Shown here piece by piece: positions 41,201 to 53,200 of a stretch of 64,000 nt of DNA. The notes below the pieces were generated by a model that worked only from the letters and a program-made list of their open reading frames with translations, was not told where the DNA came from and searched no databases. A program made the position numbers and the translations under genes. Each line of letters begins with the position of its first letter. Positions within the stretch are counted from its first letter, which is position 1. Source of the stretch: Acanthaster planci (Eukaryota); contig NW_019091359.1 in NCBI RefSeq assembly GCF_001949145.1, positions 3,202,431-3,266,430 of the forward strand, read 5' to 3'.

Positions 41201-44200
41201 GCATTACTACCTATGGTAATTTGAAGCAAAATGGTAGGCAAGAGGTGTATCCAGGGGAGGGGGAAGACGAGTTGCCCCCCCCCCACACACACACACCTGG
41301 CGACAGTTTTTATTTAGAAATTAAAAGCGACATCCACAGTACACCTGTTATTCACACCCGGCCAGACTCACTTTTAAAATTATCTCCCGAACGAAAGAAA
41401 TGGGGTTAATTTTCCAGATGCATTGTGAATCCCCGACCCAATACCTGGATACACCATGACGGCAGATAAGACAGTTTGTTAATTAATTTCCTTTTGTGTG
41501 AATATGGAAAATATTATTGAACCTAGTAAGAGGAAGGAGATAAGAAATCTCGATGAAAACAAATTGTCCTGGAATGTCTACATCATGTCTGTGCAATCCA
41601 GATGTATACGTAATCATGAGATCAAACAATGATGTCCTTGTACATTGTAATACGTCAAGCACGGATTGCAAGTGTTCGAATAAAACCATAATCCTGTCGA
41701 TTTTACATGAAATCCAGACCGTTGTGATTTCAATAAACCGACATTCAAAAATAAGAGTGGAGCAAACTAGATGTTCGATATTCGATGTTACGAACGGTTT
41801 GTAAAACAAACGTCCGGGTTCAGCTGGAGTTTCGGCATTTACAGATTTGTACCGCGAATGTATGGGCTCATTTACAATCTGACCTTCACTTTTGTTTGCA
41901 CAGTGTTTGATTGGATTCTCAAAGTCAAGACGCGTGAAATTGTTCCTCGAATTGCTAAGTTTATAGGTTGAAAGCTTCATATTTGATATTGAGTTACGTA
42001 ACTGTAACGAGCGCATCATACATGTAGATTTCCCGCCATGACTCTACACAAACATGGATATTTTTTAAGTGGCAAGTGTTGTGTGTGTTTTATAAGGTAA
42101 CAAATCATTCCATAATGACAAAATAGCCTATGAAAATATTAGAGTATCGAATTTAAATTTATGCTCATGAATTAATTAATTATGAATTAATGCTCATTAG
42201 CATTTGACAATGACAAGGACTAATCAACCAGATGAAGCTAATGGCGGTCTCTGCTTTCGTGTAGATTCTGCATATATTTTATTAGGAAAGGTTGCAGCAC
42301 TTTTGTCACGGGCATCAAGGATGAGTAAACCCATGTTTACACTGATGGAACACATAGTGCTAACCTTACATACCTAGTGGCACGATGCAGGAAAGGAATA
42401 GACGTTTTGTGGACTTACATTCACAGGACGTTTCCCCTTCTCTGAAAAAGAAGTTTAGAGGCATTTTGGGGTAGGGGTCGTCAGTCGTAAAAGGAAGAGG
42501 AACAGTCAAGAAAACCTTATACACAAATCCAGCTGAAAATCGCGTTCCCAGTTCTAGAAAAACGAGTATTTTCACTGAGTTTTCTTAACTGCACGAAAAG
42601 AAAGGAATGTCCACAGTGGGTAGGCCTATGTAAGGTAAGTGGGTGTGATGTGCAGTACAAGTTCTTTGGCGTATTGTTTGTTGTAGAACTAGTGATCTAT
42701 GAAGGGCTTTGATTAGTGGATGATTTTCATGACTTAATGCATACATGTACTGGATTATTTGGGCAATTTATCTTCCGCATGTTAAACAAGTTTAGGCCTA
42801 ATTACACAACAGTTTTTACTGTATACCTGTCATACTTTTGTGAGGGTAATGTGGATTGGTGGCTTTATCGTGCATTTCAGGGATGGAACTGGGTGTTTCT
42901 AGTGTGTGAAAGTGTGTGTGTTGGTACAGTCAGTGCGCAGGGTTGGCCTGTGTGTTCGTAGTTCCATCTTTGGGTGCTTGATGCAGCCATCCCTGCATGT
43001 GTTTCTTAGGGTTCTCATCCCTTGTTTAATGGTGTAGTACTTGAGCATCTGCTATAAACATGTGTGCGTATTATGTTTGTAAGTCATATTTGTCCAAAAA
43101 TTTACATGTAGAAATGGAACTTAAGAATGCCTGTCATAGCTTTACCGGTGGCCCACGGGACCAGACTAAAATAAATACATGTAGCCAGAGAGAAGATAAG
43201 TGATTCCCCCATCCTTACTTGGGCTCATACATGTACATGCAATACAACTAGGACCTGCATGCCATCATAGTCATCCCCCCATAGTCCCGAGGCAACGCCC
43301 CCTGAAGAGAGTCCTGAGGCAACACCCCCCACCGGACCTGCATCCACCCGCCCTGCCATAGGGCCCCTCACATAAATAAAGCCAGTGCTAACTTTAATTG
43401 ATCGAAGATGGTCATTTATTTCATATTTTTCAAAATTAATGAGACAAATACACGTCTAGAAAATTTACCGAGAGCGGAAAAGACACGGAAAAAGTCCGGT
43501 ATAAAGTCGCTTTATTTCGTTAACACTTTGGTGTCAGTATTAACGGGCAATGATCCATGATGTTTGTTAGACTTTTAGTTTTGTATATTTTGTTCTTTAA
43601 TTTAAATTATCAACAGATTCTAGAACATGTTTCTATGGGCAAACCAACTTCTTCAATTGCCATCAAAGCTTGACAGGTGAACATTTTTAATATGGACAAG
43701 AACGTCAATGAGTGCAATGAGCACATTTTTTCTTTCCCATAAAAATCTACTTTCAATTTGTTTTTGTTTTTTGTTTTTTTAGGTCCGGTTTCACGCTTTA
43801 CCGCTCTGATGAGTCCAAATAATTTGACTCTTTTAAAATTTGCACTGCATCGCCAACCGTTTCGCCTCGACGAATGAAATACGATGTGCCACCTCCATCC
43901 ATTGCCACTCTGAACGGCAGCAGCATTGCTCCGCATACGTACCGAGTACATTTAGGCAAAAGCCATGGGAAAATATGGTCGAACTTTTCAAAGGACGGAT
44001 TGAAAACACACCTGAAAAAATTTCATAACTGCTTCACTTGACAGTCGTCCACGGTATACTCTACCGAGCACTTGCCCCCAGCAGTACCGCGGCGATTTCC
44101 CTAAATGATGCAAACTCGCACTTGCGTGCTGGTCGCTAATCAAAGAACTACAAAGCCTGTTTTATTGGATAGCAAATGAAAAAGCCTAGATATTATAGGG

Positions 44201-47200
44201 CCGCTGTCAACATCAGCCTTATCTGTCAAAGTTACGTGACAGATTAGGCTGATGTTAAAAAAATTACCTTTAAATTGAACCTGTATAAACAACTTCTTTC
44301 ATAGTTATATGAGCGATGGCGCTACCCTGTGAAAGACCGGTGCATGACTCCTTGAGCGCAACTTCGTGCCCACGGAACCAACCGCTCAAGCGTATGGTGT
44401 TCTAGAACCGCCAAATGTGTGTCGCGTCGTCCCGTCGCCCCGACGCGACGCCACGCGACGCGACACTGTGGCCGCTCTGTCGTCGTGCCGTCGCGTCGTG
44501 GAGTCACCTCCTTTCTCATTACTTTTATGCTGCGTATAATGCATTACGTCGTGCCGTCGATCCGTCGCGTCGTGTCGTCGACCTGTCGTGTCGTGACCTT
44601 CAGCCGTCGCGTCGTGCCGTCCCGTCGTGCCTTTGCATCGTGCTCTCGCTGTCGCGTCGTTACTGGTGTAAAAAGGGGGCGCCCTTAGAGACGGAGTTAA
44701 GTTCAATACCAATAGATTTTCATGATCAAATCTTGTAGGCCCTATGGGTGCATTCAACCAAATGGTTAGATTTCTGGGTGCCAGCTCATTAATATTTTGT
44801 GATCCCATGGGTTTTTTACAATAAGACAGGCCATAATCAGGAGGGATCATAGAAATATTTCTATAAATCCCGAATTTGGGACTGGTAGTTTCCGGTTCCG
44901 GGGTATTTCTTCCACAAAAACCCCCAAATCACGGGCCTATTTTGGATAGAGGCAGGCGGCTACATTCAGAGCTGAGCGCATAGCTTTACTACTATATTGA
45001 GGGTATTTTCGGGGAAAAGCGAATAAAAAAATTCGCGTGGCTAACCCCCATAAAATTAAAACAAGAAGTGATCTTCTGGCCATGATCTTGAATTTCCAGT
45101 GAAAAAACGGAGGATAACCTCCTCCCAAGAGTCAACAGACGGCTCTAATTCGGTCTGATTTTGCACTGTTTTCTATGCGCACTTATTTGGTGTAGTACAA
45201 CCCTACGCATGCACATTATTTTTTCCAGGACTTGTGACATATCACCAGCCATTTTAGAAATAGTAAAGCACGACGGCACGATTCGACGGACAACGACACG
45301 ATGTGACAGCACGACACGACGGTACAACGACACGACGCGACGGCAGGACATCAGGACGCGATAGCACGGCAGGACGCGACGGCCTAACCTACACTGTATA
45401 AAAACAGTGACAGGCGACGCGACGCTACGACGGCAAGACGAACCGGCACGACGCGACGGCAACAAGAAACAACACGACGCGACGGCACGACGCAACGCCA
45501 AGACGGCACGACACATTGCATTAAACACAGCATAAAAGTAATAAGAAAGGAGGCGACGACGCGACACGACGCCACGGCGCGACTGAGCCGTCGTAGCGTC
45601 GCGTCGTAGCGTCGGAGCTACGGGACGATGCGACGCAATTTTGGCAGCTATAGAACACCATACAAGCGAAAGGGAAGGCGCGTTACAATGCGTATGACCA
45701 GTTTACATCACAGACTGGCTTGAACAAGACGTAGTCTGATTATTCGAACGGGGTGGTAGTCAACAAGGTTGCTGTGCTTTGAGAGTTTAACAGGCGGGCT
45801 GCGGGGAAGTTTCTTTCTGCTGAAATTTGTGTTTTATGGACATCAATACTTGAGATAAATCTTATTGTTGACTAAGGCAGTTCAGACCTTCGCCGAAGTT
45901 GCCTATATTTGTAAGTAACATTCCAGCGACGCCAACAGCTCTGCGCATTACAAAAATTTAGTTTCTTACGAGCCAAAATGAAGCTGGTTTGTCTCATAAT
46001 CATCTATGTTGTTTATGTCCAAGCCAACACGTTTCAGCCTGATCAAGAAATGTTTGCTGGTTCTTGCTATCAACTGCTGGCTGATACAAAGACATGGCAA
46101 GCAGCCATTGAAGCCTGCTATGAGATGGGTGCTCAGCTGGTAGTCCCTAAATCTCTCGAGGAGCACGAGTTTATCTGGAACATGTTCACCCAGAAGATCC
46201 ACGAGACTGGTAATGTTTGGATCGGCTGTAATGACATGGAGGAAGAAAGCAGGTATGTACAAACTGGCACAGAGGGCAAGGAATATCACTTCACATCAAC
46301 TTGGCGCCAACAGAGCCGCATCAGGGTTACAAGGAAACAGAAGATTGTCTTGAAATTGCCCGCGTTGAAGGAAGTCTCTGGAACGACAGCAATTGTTTCA
46401 ATACTAATTATTTGATCTACAAGCAACCTACTCGTGCATCTCCTACCCCAAAGATGAGCTGTCTGCAAGCCGACACCAGCGGCTGCTTCGGACTGAAATG
46501 ACTGAAAAAAATTGTGCCTCAAGGAAGGTCTTGATATTTTGACCCAGTGTAATGACTACCGGATGTGACTTGCCTTGCAACAGAATATCAGTCGAGTGAT
46601 GGACGACACGATGAACTACTGACACAATTATACTGTCCTAAATGTGTCCTCTCGGAACACACGGAAGCCTAGACTTGATTAAAGTAGTGATGTCAATGAT
46701 GACGTGTAAAAAAACTGAACACATGAACTCCAACTGATACCAAAGCAGAACAACGTAAACAACATTGCTAAAAATCGGGGTTTTAATAAGATTGGAAGAA
46801 TACGAAGAGTCTGGAGAAAATCCATTTTCACAAACAGGTGGGTCATTCTGGAAAAGATTGGCGGTATTTATCTTTCTTTTGACAAAGTTGAAAACAAACC
46901 ACATAACGTGTCTAATGTAAAGTCGCACATAAATTTTACTGTATTTATCTGTTAGAATAAAACATGTCCTATAGACGTGCTTAGGTCGATGTAAAGAAAA
47001 GTAGTGTTAACTGTCATTGATCAAAGTTGGTCATTTTTTTTCAAACACGGTGGTTTGAATTAATTAGACAAACATAGTTGAGAACGTATAGAAAGTTTAC
47101 TGAGAGCGGCAAAGATACTTTTGAAAGATGACCTTAAAAGTAATTTTAAACACTGATGAACAGAAATGAATACTGTTCCATCAACCACTCATTAATAATT

Positions 47201-50200
47201 TGTAAAGTTCTTATGGGTTGCCCGAAATTCCATATTTTAAACACTCCGGTTAATTTGCTTAGTGCGATTCACACGATACAAAGTTTGCTTTTTGACAGTC
47301 GAAAAATACTATGCCACAATACTGGTTTTGCGTTGAGGCTTATGAAGCATAATATTTTCAATCTCCAGAGATCTGCCATCACATATAGTAAAAATGTGGA
47401 AAATCTAGCTTAACCAAGCCATGTTCATAAAAAGTGTCGTTCAGTTTAGCACAAGACTCATTCAAATTCGTTTTAAACTGAACACATATACATGGCATTT
47501 ATAAATGCTCGAGGAAATTCCGGTGTGACGGTCACAGCTGTCTCCCCCCCCCCCCGACGTAGCCGGACATTTCAGCATTACACAAGCACAATCTTGTTGG
47601 TCTTCCGTGCTCACATGTCCGCATGACTAACTCGCATGGTACTGTAAACGGTGCTATTATCTTTGGTGTAGGCCTTTGTACAGTACACCTCAAGTACAAC
47701 GTGAAGCATGCGCGGTCTGCACTGCTCAGCACGCCATCGCCACTTAAACGGACGACTTTCCCGTTGTTGTGCGCAGAGTTGGCATGACGTATTTTTACCA
47801 TATTTGGTAAGGAGGACCGCTGAGACCGGGAGACAGCTGAGACCGCCACACCGGTTTGATGACGTCTCCGAACTCTGATATCTCAAATGATAATCTACTC
47901 GCACATTGACTTAATATTTGTGCAAGGTAACGTTAGTTGGGTAATCTATATAAGGCGAAAAATATAAGCAACCAAGGATTTTTGGGGGCGACACAACTTT
48001 CGAAAGTACTGACTCTCGTATGGTGCCGGTTTGTGCCAGAGTATCTAAAACACCTATCTGCTCAACTATAATAACGACGCGTTTCAAGTAGATTCCAATG
48101 GCTGGTACATGTGGTCCAATGAAAAACAATTTCGTGGGCATATCAGACGATGCGGTGGAGTGCTGACGTCCTCATGCATTAATAATTGAATGCTCTTTGC
48201 TAATCACGACCCGCTCGCAGTATTATTAAAATCCAAGGCGAAAACTAAACAGCGTAAGGTAATGGTAAGATAGTGATTTGTTTTCAGTCTGATATGTCAG
48301 ACAGTGCCTGAGAATGGTGCTTGTGTCAGACTTCCACAACTGAACAACCTAAGAACGGCACCGCATTTTTAAGCCAATGGTCTCGCATTGGCCTATTGGA
48401 TTTAATCGTTGACATCTATACACAATCCTCTCACGAATTACTGAAGGCAACTCCGATCATAGACAATTCAAACCTTTCTACCAATAAAAAAATTATCGAT
48501 GTGCATGTGATAACTTACAATTCAGCAAATTCATAACTCAAAATCTGATGAGCGTCATGAAGATTGTTTTGCTGACGGTCATCTTTGTGGTGTATGTCCA
48601 AGCCAACACGTGTCAGCCTGATCAAGAAATGTTTGCTGGTTCTTGCTATCAACTGCTGGCTGATACAAAGACATGGCAAGCAGCCAGTGAAGCCTGCTAT
48701 GAGATGGGTGCTCAGCTGGTAGTCCCTAAATCTCTCGAGGAGCACGAGTTTATCTGGAACATGTTCACCCAGAAGATCCACGATACTGGTGATGTTTGGA
48801 TCGGCTGTAATGACATGGTGGAGGAAGGCAGGTATGTACAAACTGGCACAGAGGGCAAGGAATGCAACTACTTCAACTGGGCAGTGGGAGAGTCAAATTT
48901 GAATTTGAGAGAAAATTGTATCGAGATGAAACGTCGTGAAGGGGGTCTCTGGAATGACAACGAATGTTATAACGCTAACTATGTAATCTGTGAGCAACCT
49001 GCTCATCCATCTCCTACCCTCGAGATGACTTGCCTACAAGCCGATGAAATTGGCCATTTCGGACGCGACTGACTTGGAGAAAAATCGACTCAAGTATGGT
49101 CAAGTTTTTATAGTCACTGATCTTGAGAAAATAAAACTATATACTGACATATTGTCGTGAAAAGTATCCCTTTCCTTAAACAACTCTGAACATCTTTGAC
49201 AGGGGTATCAGCCACGACATATAAAAATGGAACACACGCTATAAAGGTCCAAATAATATCAAAAGATCTCTAATTTTTTTTTACCTCTAACCCTCAAAAT
49301 AAAAGTAAGCATTGACACACCTACATGAAATATTATACAACTACGCTCATAAAATGAAAGACAAATTACCCGAAGAAAACTAGATGTTAACAGGTCCGTA
49401 TAATTTATGTTTCAGGCTAAATTAGCCGCAATCACCATTTGTCGTAGTTTGTAACATAAGTAGTTATGCCTAATGTAAAATTGAACTTTGATGTACGACG
49501 GGTAGTTTGTCTTATTCCAGCAATACGATAAAAATCTAGATTTTATGAGCGTAGTTGTGAGATGATAATAATTTCTAAAATATTTTACGTCGGTGTGTTT
49601 TAATATTTTAATTTAATTTAATGTTTAGTTTTTATTGCTTAATTTTTACTGCACAGCACTTTGAGATGTCATTGACATGGAAAGCATTTTTTTGTTTAAT
49701 AATTCATTCTTATTAATTCATTATTACTAGTTGCATATATTTTATGCACTTAATTGAAGACTACGTTTGCTATTGCTTTAGATCAATGTTCACTTCAATA
49801 CTTGATATTCGTAATGAAGGTCAGTTTTAGTGGTTAAATGTTTGGATTGTGGACAGCGAATAGCATACCGGTAAATGTTGTAAATTGAGCTGGAATTTAA
49901 TATAAAATATTGACAAAAATGATACTCGAGCAATGTGCGCTCAATATATTTGCATGTTTAAACATTGATAGCTCTAAGTATTGTGGACGGCGTTGTTTAT
50001 TTCTTCTAAGGAGATGCTTTGATAAGAGCAGCTGTCATCATAGAGAGTTGGATCTGTTGTGTTTGTACAAGATGCCAAAACAATCAACAGTAAGGCAAGA
50101 GTTACTCAAATATCGAAAATTGCGTCTAGGTTGACCCCTTCATTTTTGAATTGAAGAAACCTGCTGGAAAACTTAGAAGAGGAATAAGTTTTGAAGGTAT

Positions 50201-53200
50201 AAAATTCACTACTTCCTCACGAAAAAAATCTGTGGTAAGTCACGACGTTTCATAGGAACTCAAAGAAACTAAAATTGCCATAAATTTGTAACCTTGATGC
50301 TGACAGAAACTATACTATCCATCCTAGGGTCTGAGGCTTAGTTGATGGAGCTCACAAGCGATGGATTTATTCGTCGTTGTTTGGTTTCCATATTGAGGCA
50401 GCTCCCTGAAAGGAGTGTTGAATGGGCGCCAATCTGCCCTCCAGGGCACGGAAGAGGGATGTGTGTGGGAGAAATTTCAGATTACGTTTCTTCAAAATTG
50501 AGAATGCATTCTTCTTTTCTTTTGGAATGGCCTTGACCGTATCAACAAAAGGCTTGAACTTAAAACCCGAATATATTAAAGAGAAAGAACAAATCTGACT
50601 GGCGTCATTGAAGAAAACGTTTGCAAGCTTCAGGTACACAAATGCGTATTAGGAGCCATGTAAGAATCGTGACATGCCTGAAGAAACCGTTATTTCCTCG
50701 GGACATATCTTCAGACTTTACAATTAAATAACATAATTAATCTATTATTTGAAATGTAACATTTTCTTTCAAACACCAAGATAATCCTTTCCCAAGTATC
50801 ATCTGTGATTATTAAGGACGTTCGTCCCGTTGCACATCTTGGTGATTTGGCGTTCTTATACGTAAAATGCAGTGTTCATGAATAAAGTTGGACTGTTCCA
50901 AGGCATCAAACTCCAAAAACAGGTTCCTTATTTTTGAGTGATAACCATCTGCCAGTTTAATTGTAATGGCCCGGGGTTAATATACTAGTACTAGGCTATA
51001 TTTTGAAATATTCATTCTAGGTTTTTATTGTACAGTAATAAATTGCACACTCCACAAAACAACATCGAAATCTCATATGGTCTAGTGGTTAGGATCCGGC
51101 GCTCTCACCGCCGTGGCCCGGGTTCGATTCCCGGTGTGGGAAGGTGGATTTTGTTGTTGTTCTTTCATTTTAGGGTTCCTTTTGTAACTATTGTTTTCGG
51201 AATAAGTCCAATAATTCATAATCTGAAGGCTTACAGCGAATTCCAATATAGCTTAGTGCNNNNNNNNNNNNNNNNNNNNNNNNNNNNNNNNNNNNNNNNN
51301 NNNNNNNNNNNNNNNNNNNNNNNNNNNNNNNNNNNNNNNNNNNNNNNNNNNNNNNNNNNNNNNNNNNNNNNNNNNNNNNNNNNNNNNNNNNNNNNNNNNN
51401 NNNNNNNNNNNNNNNNNNNNNNNNNNNNNNNNNNNNNNNNNNNNNNNNNNNNNNNNNNNNNNNNNNNNNNNNNNNNNNNNNNNNNNNNNNNNNNNNNNNN
51501 NNNNNNNNNNNNNNNNNNNNNNNNNNNNNNNNNNNNNNNNNNNNNNNNNNNNNNNNNNNNNNNNNNNNNNNNNNNNNNNNNNNNNNNNNNNNNNNNNNNN
51601 NNNNNNNNNNNNNNNNNNNNNNNNNNNNNNNNNNNNNNNNNNNNNNNNNNNNNNNNNNNNNNNNNNNNNNNNNNNNNNNNNNNNNNNNNNNNNNNNNNNN
51701 NNNNNNNNNNNNNNNNNNNNNNNNNNNNNNNNNNNNNNNNNNNNNNNNNNNNNNNNNNNNNNNNNNNNNNNNNNNNNNNNNNNNNNNNNNNNNNNNNNNN
51801 NNNNNNNNNNNNNNNNNNNNNNNNNNNNNNNNNNNNNNNNTAGTCCTTTTCCTTTTAATTTGTATGAAGTAATACATACGATGAGTTTTGGACAATTTTC
51901 ATTTAGGTGACAGAATCATGCAGTAAATTTTAATTTCATCTGAAACATTTCCAGATATTCCAAAAAGTAAAAGCTTGTCAACGTAGGATTTGAAACCACG
52001 CATTTCGCGTGATCAGCACGATTTGACAACTAAGCTTTACCAACCTCCTTGCTATAACTGCTAATTTTGAAGAGACTACGTTCTTCAGCCAGTAGACGTG
52101 GATAGAGTTGGAGACAGCTTTTTTTTAGAAACAAAATATCAAGTTTACCTCGAAGCCGAGGTCCCACTGCTGTTGTTGGGCACTGAAAACCTTCCTCCAT
52201 TTTTCCTCCTTGGCTGTGCAATTTAATTGAAATCCGTCAATTACAGGCTTCTAGAAACCATTCAATTTTCAATCATTTTTACCAAAGACAAATTTTTATT
52301 AGAGTACATGTGATCACTTAGAGAGCCATTGGATCACCGTCGGAAGGACCAACAATGCATATGAAATTTTAACCGTTCCACCCCCTTTGCAAATTCATTT
52401 TGTGAATTTTGTTTAAACAATTACCAAGAATAATGACTTCTAAGGTTTGATTCCCAGTATGGGAAATGTGATTTTAAAATGTTATGATTAATTTATGTAA
52501 CTATTATTATTGCTGAAAAGTTCTATAGTTCATGTTCAAAGACCTTACAACGAAATCCGATATGATCTAGTGGTTAGGATCCGGTGCTCAGATTCGATTT
52601 TATGTAGATTAAGGGAGAAAGTTTATCACCATCAGTCAAACTGCCATTCTTTGCCGAATGCCAACCGGCTATTCAACAAAGTCGAGTCCATGCTGGATAT
52701 GCAAAAAATGTTTTATGTGTATACATGGACCCAATTACACAGTCTCACTTTTTTAATTCAGTAAAATATTGTTCGAACTAAACAATCGTGATAATTACAC
52801 TTTCGGTCAAAAACGTTTTTTACATTTAACAAAATGGTTGGTCGATATGGGGTTCGAACCCACGACCTTCGCGTTATCAGCACGATGCTCTACCGACTGA
52901 GCTAATCGACCCTTATACGGGATTAGATCATTCCTCCTGTAATGTCGACTCCAAGTTGCTGGAATGGTAAAATAGTTTTCTCTTGGAAAAAAATTCGAAT
53001 TTTTACCGAAACCGGGGATCTCAGTGCTAAGCCGGTTGTTGGACGCTGGAAACCTTTCTTTCCGTTAATCATAACCACCACATAGAACAATAAAACCATT
53101 GGTGCTGGTACCGACTTGAAATCCGGCAGTTAAAGATTCTCAGAGCCATTTCGTTGTCACTTATCTTACCATTCAGCAACATACAATCAAATAGAAAAAT

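Noticed and set aside
41483..42019. 178-aa minus-strand ORF upstream of CYP exon 2
   Set aside because: No P450 N-terminal features, no recognisable domain and no suitable donor. Probably a non-coding repeat.
44415..44665. Short repeated units that might suggest a CRISPR-like array
   Set aside because: Degenerate simple repeats with no constant repeat plus unique spacer structure, no cas genes, and a eukaryotic context.
44322..45575. Arg/Val/Thr-rich ORFs on both strands
   Set aside because: Translations of the CGTCG-repeat arms of the foldback transposon.
52835..52838. ACCA after the tRNA-Ile discriminator as an encoded CCA tail (bacterial origin)
   Set aside because: The CCA is offset by one base from positions 74-76 and is followed by a Pol III TTTT terminator. 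The D loop and context are eukaryotic.
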